DNA from: the human T2T-CHM13v2.0 reference genome, Homo sapiens | Direction: 5' to 3' (one strand) | Assembly (NCBI RefSeq): GCF_009914755.1 | Contig: NC_060938.1 | Length of the DNA stretch: 64,000 nt | Shown: in pieces, positions 13,308-24,800 of the stretch | Layout: every line of letters begins with the position of its first letter | Position numbering within the stretch: the stretch's first letter is position 1 | Made by a program: the position numbers and the translations under genes | The notes under the pieces: generated by a model | Database searches by the model: none | What the model was told of the DNA's origin: nothing | Seen by the model: the letters and a program-made list of their open reading frames with translations, nothing else

Positions 13308-16300
13308 TCCCGTTTCCAACGAAATCCTCCAAGCTATCCAAATATCCACTTGCAGATTCCACAGAAAGACTGTTTCAAAACTGCTCTGTCAATAGAAAGG
13401 TTCAACTCTGTTAGCTGCGTGCATATATCCCAAAGAAGATTCTGAGATTGCTTCTGTCTAGTTTTTATGGGAAGATATTTCCCTTTTCACCGTAGGCGTC
13501 AAGGCGCTCCAAATGTCCACTTCCAGATACTACAAAAAGAGTGTTTCAAACCTACTCTGTGAAAGGGAATATTCAACTCTGTGACCTGAATGCACATATC
13601 ACAAAGAAGTTTCTGAGAATGCTTCTGTCGAGATTTTATATGAAGATATTCCCGTTTCCAACGAAATGCTGAAATCTATCCAAATATCCCCTCGCAGATT
13701 CTACAAAAAGAGTGTTTCAAAACTGCTCTGTGAAAAGAAAGGTTCAACTCTGTTAGTTGAGTACACACATCACAAACAAGTTTCACAGAATGCTTCTTTC
13801 TAGCTTGTAGGGGAAGATATTCCCTTTATCACCATGGGCCTCCAACCGTCCGAAACATCCACTTCCATATACTACAAAAAGAGCGTTTCAAACCTGCTCT
13901 ATGAAAGGCAATGTTCAACTCTGTGACTTGAATGCAGACATCACAGAGCAGTTTCTGAGAATGCTTCTGTCTAGATTTTATAGGAAGATATTCCCGTTTC
14001 CAACGAAATCTTCACAGCTATCCAAATATCCACTTGCAGATTCTACCAAAAGAGTGTATCAAAACTGCTCTGTCAAAAGGAAGGTTCTTTTCTGTTAGGT
14101 GAGTGCATACGTCATAAAGGAGTTTCTGAGAATGTTTCTGTCTAGTGGTTATGGGAAGATATTTGCTTTTTCACCGTAGGCCTCAGAGCGCTCCAAATAT
14201 CCACTTGCACATACTACAAAAAGAGTGCCTCAAAGCTGCTCTCTGAAACGGAATGTTCAACTCTATGAGTTGAATGCAAACATCGCAAAGACGTTTCTGA
14301 GAATGCTTCTGTCTAGATTTGATATGAAGATATTCCCGTTTCCAACGAAATCTTCAAATCTATCCAAATGTCCACTTGCAGATTCAACAAAAAGTGTTTT
14401 TCAGAACTGCTCTATCAAAAGAAAGATCCACCTCTGTTAGCTGAGTTCACACATCACAAACAAGTTTATGAGAATGCTTCTGTCTAGTTTTTATTTGAAG
14501 ATATTTCCTTTCTCACCATAGAGCTGAAAGCTGTCCTAATGTTCACTTCCAGATACTACAGAAAGAGTGTTTCAAAACTGCTGTACGAAAGGGAATGTTC
14601 AACTCTGTGACTTGAATGCACACATCACAAAGAAGTTTCTGAGGATGCTGCTGTCTACTTTTTATACGTAATCCCGTTTCCAACGAAATCCTCCAAGCTA
14701 TCCAAATATCCACTTGCAGATTCCACAGAAAGACTGTTTCAAAACTGCTCTGTCAATAGAAAGGTTCAACTCTGTTAGCTGCGTGCATATATCCCAAAGA
14801 AGATTCTGAGATTGCTTCTGTCTAGTTTTTATGGGAAGATATTTCCCTTTTCACCGTAGGTGTCAAGGCGCTCCAAATGTCCACTTCCAGATACTACAAA
14901 AAGAGTGTTTCAAACCTACTCTGTGAAAGGGAATATTCAACTCTGTGACTTGAATGCACATATCACAAAGAAGTTTCTGAGAATGCTTCTGTCGAGATTT
15001 TATATGAAGATATTCCCGTTCCCAACGAAATGCTGAAATCTATCCAAATATCCCCTCGCAGATTCTACAAAAAGAGTGTTTCAAAACTGCTCTGTGAAAG
15101 GAAAGGTTCAACTCTGTTAGTTGAGTACACACATCACAAACAAGTTTCACAGAATGCTTCTTTCTAGCTTGTAGGGGAAGATATTCCCTTTATCACCATG
15201 GGCCTCAAACCGTCCGAAACATCCACTTCCCTATACTACAAAAAGAGCGTTTCAAACCTGCTCTATGAAAGGCAATGTTCAACTCTGTGACTTGAATGCA
15301 GACATCACAGAGCAGTTTCTGAGAATGCTTCTGTCTAGATTTTATAGGAAGATATTCCCGTTTCCAACGAAATCTTCACAGCTATCCAAATATCCACTTG
15401 CAGATTCTACAAAAAGAGTGTATCAAAACTGCTCTGTCAAAAGGAAGGTTCTTCTCTGTTAGGTGAGTGCATACGTCATAAAGGAGTTTCTGAGAATGTT
15501 TCTGTCTAGTGGTTATGGGAAGATATTTGCTTTTTCACCGTAGGCCTCAGAGCGCTCCAAATATCCACTTGCACATACTACAAAAAGAGTGCTTCAAAGC
15601 TGCTCTCTGAAACGGAATGTTCAACTCTATGAGTTGAATGCAAACATCACAAAGACGTTTCTGAGAATGCTTCTGTCTAGATTTGATATGAAGATATTCC
15701 CGTTTCCAACGAAATCTTCAAATCTATCCAAATGTCCACTTGCAGATTCAACAAAAAGTGTTTTTCAGAACTGCTCTATCAAAAGAAAGATCCACCTCTG
15801 TTAGCTGAGTTCACACATCACAAACAAGTTTATGAGAATGCTTCTGTCTAGTTTTTATTTGAAGATATTTCCTTTCTCACCATAGAGCTGAAAGCTGTCC
15901 TAATGTTCACTTCCAGATACTACAGAAAGAGTGTTTCAAAACTGCTGTACGAAAGGGAATGTTCAACTCTGTGACTTGAATGCACACATCACAAAGAAGT
16001 TTCTGAGGATGCTGCTGTCTACTTTTTATACGTAATCCCGTTTCCAACGAAATCCTCCAAGCTATCCAAATATCCACTTGCAGATTCCACAGAAAGACTG
16101 TTTCAAAACTGCTCTGTCAATAGAAAGGTTCAACTCTGTTAGCTGCATGCATATATCCCAAAGAAGATTCTGAGATTGCTTCTGTCTAGTTTTTATGGGA
16201 AGATATTTCCCTTTTCACCGTAGGCGTCAAGGCGCTCCAAATGTCCACTTCCAGATACTACAAAAAGAGTGTTTCAAACCTACTCTGTGAAAGGGAATAT

Positions 16301-17399
16301 TCAACTCTGTGACTTGAATGCACATATCACAAGGAAGTTTCTGAGAATGCTTCTGTCGAATTTTTATATGAAGATATTCCCGTTTCCAACGAAATCCTGA
16401 AATCTATCCAAATATCCCCTTGCAGATTCTACTAAAAGAGTGTTTCAAAACTGCTCTGTAAAAAGAAAGGTTCAACTCTGTTAGTTGAGTACACACATCA
16501 CAAACAAGTTTCACACAATGCTTCTTTCTAGCTTGTAGGGGAAGATATTCCCTTTATCACCATGGGCCTCAAACCGTCCGATAAGTCCACTTCCATATAC
16601 TACAAAAAGAGCGTTTCAAACCTGCTCTATGAAAGGCAATGTTCAACTCTGTGACTTGAATGCAGACATCACAGAGCAGTTTCTGAGAATGCTTCTGTCT
16701 AGATTTTATAGGAAGATATTCCCGTTTCCAACGAAATCTTCACAGCTATCCAAATATCCACTTGCAGATTCTACAAAAAGAGTGTATCAAAACTGCTCTG
16801 TCAAAAGGAAGGTTCTTTTCTGTTAGGTGAGTGCATACGTCATAAAGGAGTTTCTGAGAATGTTTCTGTCTAGTGGTTATGGGAAGATATTTGCTTTTTC
16901 ACCGTAGGCCTCAGAGCGCTCCAAATATCCACTTGCACATACTACAAAAAGAGTGCCTCAAAGCTGCTCTCTGAAACGGAATGTTCAACTCTATGAGTTG
17001 AATGCAAACATCGCAAAGACGTTTCTGAGAATGCTTCTGTCTAGATTTGATATGAAGATATTCCCGTTTCCAACGAAATCTTCAAATCTATCCAAATGTC
17101 CACTTGCAGATTCAACAAAAAGTGTTTTTCAGAACTGCTCTATCAAAAGAAAGATCCACCTCTGTTAGCTGAGTTCACACATCACAAACAAGTTTATGAG
17201 AATGCTTCTGTCTAGTTTTTATTTGAAGATATTTCCTTTCTCACCATAGAGCTGAAAGCTGTCCTAATGTTCACTTCCAGATACTACAGAAAGAGTGTTT
17301 CAAAACTGCTGTACGAAAGGGAATGTTCAACTCTGTGACTTGAATGCACACATCACAAAGAAGTTTCTGAGGATGCTGCTGTCTACTTTTTATACGTAA

Positions 17400-19101
17400 T
17401 CCCGTTTCCAACGAAATCCTCCAAGCTATCCAAATATCCACTTGCAGATTCCACAGAAAGACTGTTTCAAAACTGCTCTGTCAATAGAAAGGTTCAACTC
17501 TGTTAGCTGCGTGCATATATCCCAAAGAAGATTCTGAGATTGCTTCTGTCTAGTTTTTATGGGAAGATATTTCCCTTTTCACCGTAGGTGTCAAGGCGCT
17601 CCAAATGTCCACTTCCAGATACTACAAAAAGAGTGTTTCAAACCAACTCTGTGAAAGGGAATATTCAACTCTGTGACTTGAATGCACACAACACAAAGAA
17701 GTTTCTGAGGATGCTGCTGTCTACTTTTTATACGTAATCCCGTTTCCAACGAAATCCTCCAAGCTATCCAAATATCCACTTGCAGATTCCACAGAAAGAC
17801 TGTTTCAAAACTGCTCTGTCAATAGAAAGGTTCAACTCTGTTAGCTGCATGCATATATCCCAAAGAAGATTCTGAGATTGCTTCTGTCTAGTTTTTATGG
17901 GAAGATATTTCCCTTTTCACCGTAGGCGTCAAGGCGCTCCAAATGTCCACTTCCAGATACTACAAAAAGAGTGTTTCAAACCTACTCTGTGAAAGGGAAT
18001 ATTCAACTCTGTGACTTGAATGCACATATCACAAGGAAGTTTCTGAGAATGCTTCTGTCGAGATTTTATATGAAGATATTCCCGTTTCCAACGAAATCCT
18101 GAAATCTATCCAAATATCCCCTTGCAGATTCTACAAAAAGAGTGTTTCAAAACTGCTCTGTAAAAAGAAAGGTTCAACTCTGTTAGTTGAGTACACACAT
18201 CACAAACAAGTTTCACACAATGCTTCTTTCTAGCTTGTAGGGGAAGATATTCCCTTTATCACCATGGGCCTCAAACCGTCCGAAAAGTCCACTTCCATAT
18301 ACTACAAAAAGAGCGTTTCAAACCTGCTCTATGAAAGGCAATGTTCAACTCTGTGACTTGAATGCAGACATCACAGAGCAGTTTCTGAGAATGCTTCTGT
18401 CTAGATTTTATAGGAAGATATTCCCGTTTCCAACGAAATCTTCACAGCTATCCAAATATCCACTTGCAGATTCTACAAAAAGAGTGTATCAAAACTGCTC
18501 TGTCAAAAGGAAGGTTCTTTTCTGTTAGGTGAGTGCATACGTCATAAAGGAGTTTCTGAGAATGTTTCTGTCTAGTGGTTATGGGAAGATATTTGCTTTT
18601 TCACCGTAGGCCTCAGAGCGCTCCAAATATCCACTTGCACATACTACAAAAAGAGTGCCTCAAAGCTGCTCTCTGAAACGGAATGTTCAACTCTATGAGT
18701 TGAATGCAAACATCGCAAAGACGTTTCTGAGAATGCTTCTGTCTAGATTTGATATGAAGATATTCCCGTTTCCAACGAAATCTTCAAATCTATCCAAATG
18801 TCCACTTGCAGATTCAACAAAAAGTGTTTTTCAGAACTGCTCTATCAAAAGAAAGATCCACCTCTGTTAGCTGAGTTCACACATCACAAACAAGTTTATG
18901 AGAATGCTTCTGTCTAGTTTTTATTTGAAGATATTTCCTTTCTCACCATAGAGCTGAAAGCTGTCCTAATGTTCACTTCCAGATACTACAGAAAGAGTGT
19001 TTCAAAACTGCTGTACGAAAGGGAATGTTCAACTCTGTGACTTGAATGCACACATCACAAAGAAGTTTCTGAGGATGCTGCTGTCTACTTTTTATACGTA
19101 A
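17400..19101 (-). repeat. 10-mer variant HOR (1702 bp), copy 4
   Basis: ORF spacing 16629 to 18331 is 1702 bp; duplicated dimer boxes at 17400 and 17738. Confidence 0.95.
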
Positions 19102-21800
19102 TCCCGTTTCCAACGAAATCCTCCAAGCTATCCAAATATCCACTTGCAGATTCCACAGAAAGACTGTTTCAAAACTGCTCTGTCAATAGAAAGGTTCAAC
19201 TCTGTTAGCTGCGTGCATATATCCCAAAGAAGATTCTGAGATTGCTTCTGTCTAGTTTTTATGGGAAGATATTTCCCTTTTCACCGTAGGTGTCAAGGCG
19301 CTCCAAATGTCCACTTCCAGATACTACAAAAAGAGTGTTTCAAACCTACTCTGTGAAAGGGAATATTCAACTCTGTGACCTGAATGCACATATCACAAAG
19401 AAGTTTCTGAGAATGCTTCTGTCGAGATTTTATATGAAGATATTCCCGTTTCCAACGAAATGCTGAAATCTATCCAAATATCCCCTCGCAGATTCTACAA
19501 AAAGAGTGTTTCAAAACTGCTCTGTGAAAAGAAAGGTTCAACTCTGTTAGTTGAGTACACACATCACAAACAAGTTTCACAGAATGCTTCTTTCTAGCTT
19601 GTAGGGGAAGATATTCCCTTTATCACCATGGGCCTCCAACCGTCCGAAACATCCACTTCCATATACTACAAAAAGAGCGTTTCAAACCTGCTCTATGAAA
19701 GGCAATGTTCAACTCTGTGACTTGAATGCAGACATCACAGAGCAGTTTCTGAGAATGCTTCTGTCTAGATTTTATAGGAAGATATTCCCGTTTCCAACGA
19801 AATCTTCACAGCTATCCAAATATCCACTTGCAGATTCTACAAAAAGAGTGTATCAAAACTGCTCTGTCAAAAGGAAGGTTCTTCTCTGTTAGGTGAGTGC
19901 ATACGTCATAAAGGAGTTTCTGAGAATGTTTCTGTCTAGTGGTTATGGGAAGATATTTGCTTTTTCACCGTAGGCCTCAGAGCGCTCCAAATATCCACTT
20001 GCACATACTACAAAAAGAGTGCTTCAAAGCTGCTCTCTGAAACGGAATGTTCAACTCTATGAGTTGAATGCAAACATCACAAAGACGTTTCTGAGAATGC
20101 TTCTGTCTAGATTTGATATGAAGATATTCCCGTTTCCAACGAAATCTTCAAATCTATGCAAATGTCCACTTGCAGATTCAACAAAAAGTGTTTTTCAGAA
20201 CTGCTCTATCAAAAGAAAGATCCACCTCTGTTAGCTGAGTTCACACCTCACAAACAACTTTATGAGAATGCTTCTGTCTAGTTTTTATTTGAAGATATTT
20301 CCTTTCTCACCATAGACCTGAAAGCTGTCCTAATGTTCACTTCCAGATACTACAGAAAGAGTGTTTCAAAACTGCTGTACGAAAGGGAATGTTCAACTCT
20401 GTGACTTGAATGCACACATCACAAAGAAGTTTCTGAGGATGCTGCTGTCTACTTTTTATACGTAATCCCGTTTCCAACGAAATCCTCCAAGCTATCCAAA
20501 TATCCACTTGCAGATTCCACAGAAAGACTGTTTCAAAACTGCTCTGTCAATAGAAAGGTTCAACTCTGTTAGCTGCATGCATATATCCCAAAGAAGATTC
20601 TGAGATTGCTTCTGTCTAGTTTTTATGGGAAGATATTTCCCTTTTCACCGTAGGCGTCAAGGCGCTCCAAATGTCCACTTCCAGATACTACAAAAAGAGT
20701 GTTTCAAACCTACTCTGTGAAAGGGAATATTCAACTCTGTGACTTGAATGCACATATCACAAGGAAGTTTCTGAGAATGCTTCTGTCGAGATTTTATATG
20801 AAGATATTCCCGTTTCCAACGAAATCCTGAAATCTATCCAAATATCCCCTTGCAGATTCTACAAAAAGAGTGTTTCAAAACTGCTCTGTAAAAAGAAAGG
20901 TTCAACTCTGTTAGTTGAGTACACACATCACAAACAAGTTTCACACAATGCTTCTTTCTAGCTTGTAGGGGAAGATATTCCCTTTATCACCATGGGCCTC
21001 AAACCGTCCGATAAGTCCACTTCCATATACTACAAAAAGAGCGTTTCAAACCTGCTCTATGAAAGGCAATGTTCAACTCTGTGACTTGAATGCAGACATC
21101 ACAGAGCAGTTTCTGAGAATGCTTCTGTCTAGATTTTATAGGAAGATATTCCCGTTTCCAACGAAATCTTCACAGCTATCCAAATATCCACTTGCAGATT
21201 CTACAAAAAGAGTGTATCAAAACTGCTCTGTCAAAAGGAAGGTTCTTTTCTGTTAGGTGAGTGCATACGTCATAAAGGAGTTTCTGAGAATGTTTCTGTC
21301 TAGTGGTTATGGGAAGATATTTGCTTTTTCACCGTAGGCCTCAGAGCGCTCCAAATATCCACTTGCACATACTACAAAAAGAGTGCCTCAAAGCTGCTCT
21401 CTGAAACGGAATGTTCAACTCTATGAGTTGAATGCAAACATCGCAAAGACGTTTCTGAGAATGCTTCTGTCTAGATTTGATATGAAGATATTCCCGTTTC
21501 CAACGAAATCTTCAAATCTATCCAAATGTCCACTTGCAGATTCAACAAAAAGTGTTTTTCAGAACTGCTCTATCAAAAGAAAGATCCACCTCTGTTAGCT
21601 GAGTTCACACATCACAAACAAGTTTATGAGAATGCTTCTGTCTAGTTTTTATTTGAAGATATTTCCTTTCTCACCATAGAGCTGAAAGCTGTCCTAATGT
21701 TCACTTCCAGATACTACAGAAAGAGTGTTTCAAAACTGCTGTACGAAAGGGAATGTTCAACTCTGTGACTTGAATGCACACATCACAAAGAAGTTTCTGA

Positions 21801-21820
21801 GGATGCTGCTACTTTTTATA
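21801..21820. other. Private 4-bp deletion giving a 1360-bp HOR
   Basis: GGATGCTGCT|ACTTTTT versus the usual GGATGCTGCTGTCTACTTTTT; ORF spacing 21059 to 22419 is 1360 bp. Confidence 0.93.
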
Positions 21821-24800
21821 CGTAATCCCGTTTCCAACGAAATCCTCCAAGCTATCCAAATATCCACTTGCAGATTCCACAGAAAGACTGTTTCAAAACT
21901 GCTCTGTCAATAGAAAGGTTCAACTCTGCTAGCTGCGTGCATATATCCCAAAGAAGATTCTGAGATTGCTTCTGTCTAGTTTTTATGGGAAGATATTTCC
22001 CTTTTCACCGTAGGTGTCAAGGCGCTCCAAATGTCCACTTCCAGATACTACAAAAAGAGTGTTTCAAACCTACTCTGTGAAAGGGAATATTCAACTCTGT
22101 GACTTGAATGCACATATCACAAAGAAGTTTCTGAGAATGCTTCTGTCGAGATTTTATATGAAGATATTCCCGTTTCCAACGAAATGCTGAAATCTATCCA
22201 AATATCCCCTCGCAGATTCTACAAAAAGAGTGTTTCAAAACTGCTCTGTGAAAAGAAAGGTTCAACTCTGTTAGTTGAGTACACACATCACAAACAAGTT
22301 TCACAGAATGCTTCTTTCTAGCTTGTAGGGGAAGATATTCCCTTTATCACCATGGGCCTCCAACCGTCCGAAACATCCACTTCCATATACTACAAAAAGA
22401 GCGTTTCAAACCTGCTCTATGAAAGGCAATGTTCAACTCTGTGACTTGAATGCAGACATCACAGAGCAGTTTCTGAGAATGCTTCTGTCTAGATTTTATA
22501 GGAAGATATTCCCGTTTCCAACGAAATCTTCACAGCTATCCAAATATCCACTTGCAGATTCTACAAAAAGAGTGTATCAAAACTGCTCTGTCAAAAGGAA
22601 GGTTCTTCTCTGTTAGGTGAGTGCATACGTCATAAAGGAGTTTCTGAGAATGTTTCTGTCTAGTGGTTATGGGAAGATATTTGCTTTTTCACCGTAGGCC
22701 TCAGAGCGCTCCAAATATCCACTTGCACATACTACAAAAAGAGTGCTTCAAAGCTGCTCTCTGAAACGGAATGTTCAACTCTATGAGTTGAATGCAAACA
22801 TCACAAAGACGTTTCTGAGAATGCTTCTGTCTAGATTTGATATGAAGATATTCCCGTTTCCAACGAAATCTTCAAATCTATCCAAATGTCCACTTGCAGA
22901 TTCAACAAAAAGTGTTTTTCAGAACTGCTCTATCAAAAGAAAGATCCACCTCTGTTAGCTGAGTTCACACCTCACAAACAACTTTATGAGAATGCTTCTG
23001 TCTAGTTTTTATTTGAAGATATTTCCTTTCTCACCATAGAGCTGAAAGCTGTCCTAATGTTCACTTCCAGATACTACAGAAAGAGTGTTTCAAAACTGCT
23101 GTACGAAAGGGAATGTTCAACTCTGTGACTTGAATGCACACATCACAAAGAAGTTTCTGAGGATGCTGCTGTCTACTTTTTATACGTAATCCCGTTTCCA
23201 ACGAAATCCTCCAAGCTATCCAAATATCCACTTGCAGATTCCACAGAAAGACTGTTTCAAAACTGCTCTGTCAATAGAAAGGTTCAACTCTGTTAGCTGC
23301 ATGCATATATCCCAAAGAAGATTCTGAGATTGCTTCTGTCTAGTTTTTATGGGAAGATATTTCCCTTTTCACCGTAGGCGTCAAGGCGCTCCAAATGTCC
23401 ACTTCCAGATACTACAAAAAGAGTGTTTCAAACCTACTCTGTGAAAGGGAATATTCAACTCTGTGACTTGAATGCACATATCACAAGGAAGTTTCTGAGA
23501 ATGCTTCTGTCGAGATTTTATATGAAGATATTCCCGTTTCCAATGAAATCCTGAAATCTATCCAAATATCCCCTTGCAGATTCTACAAAAAGAGTGTTTC
23601 AAAACTGCTCTGTGAAAAGAAAGGTTCAACTCTGTTAGTTGAGTACACACATCACAAACAAGTTTCACAGAATGCTTCTTTCTAGCTTGTAGGGGAAGAT
23701 ATTCCCTTTATCACCATGGGCCTCCAACCGTCCGAAACATCCACTTCCATATACTACAAAAAGAGCGTTTCAAACCTGCTCTATGAAAGGCAATGTTCAA
23801 CTCTGTGACTTGAATGCAGACATCACAGAGCAGTTTCTGAGAATGCTTCTGTCTAGATTTTATAGGAAGATATTCCCGTTTCCAACGAAATCTTCACAGC
23901 TATCCAAATATCCACTTGCAGATTCTACAAAAAGAGTGTATCAAAACTGCTCTGTCAAAAGGAAGGTTCTTCTCTGTTAGGTGAGTGCATACGTCATAAA
24001 GGAGTTTCTGAGAATGTTTCTGTCTAGTGGTTATGGGAAGATATTTGCTTTTTCACCGTAGGCCTCAGAGCGCTCCAAATATCCACTTGCACATACTACA
24101 AAAAGAGTGCTTCAAAGCTGCTCTCTGAAACGGAATGTTCAACTCTATGAGTTGAATGCAAACATCACAAAGACGTTTCTGAGAATGCTTCTGTCTAGAT
24201 TTGATATGAAGATATTCCCGTTTCCAACGAAATCTTCAAATCTATCCAAATGTCCACTTGCAGATTCAACAAAAAGTGTTTTTCAGAACTGCTCTATCAA
24301 AAGAAAGATCCACCTCTGTTAGCTGAGTTCACACCTCACAAACAACTTTATGAGAATGGTTCTGTCTAGTTTTTATTTGAAGATATTTCCTTTCTCACCA
24401 TAGAGCTGAAAGCTGTCCTAATGTTCACTTCCAGATACTACAGAAAGAGTGTTTCAAAACTGCTGTACGAAAGGGAATGTTCAACTCTGTGACTTGAATG
24501 CACACATCACAAAGAAGTTTCTGAGGATGCTGCTGTCTACTTTTTATACGTAATCCCGTTTCCAACGAAATCCTCCAAGCTATCCAAATATCCACTTGCA
24601 GATTCCACAGAAAGACTGTTTCAAAACTGCTCTGTCAATAGAAAGGTTCAACTCTGTTAGCTGCGTGCATATATCCCAAAGAAGATTCTGAGATTGCTTC
24701 TGTCTAGTTTTTATGGGAAGATATTTCCCTTTTCACCGTAGGCGTCAAGGCGCTCCAAATGTCCACTTCCAGATACTACAAAAAGAGTGTTTCAAACCTA

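Larger units (their letters stand above)
9227..19380. repeat. 5794-bp-period duplication (10+8+8+8 monomers); minimal extent defined by shared rare SNPs
   Basis: Rare variants paired at exactly +5794: 9227/15021, 9437/15231, 10566/16360, 10639/16433, 11851/17645, 11897/17691, 13586/19380. Confidence 0.85.

Noticed and set aside
209-17779. 62-aa minus-strand ORF (MDIWIAWRIS...) present four times
   Set aside because: It is a by-product of the 10-mer hybrid junction and marks the structural variant only.
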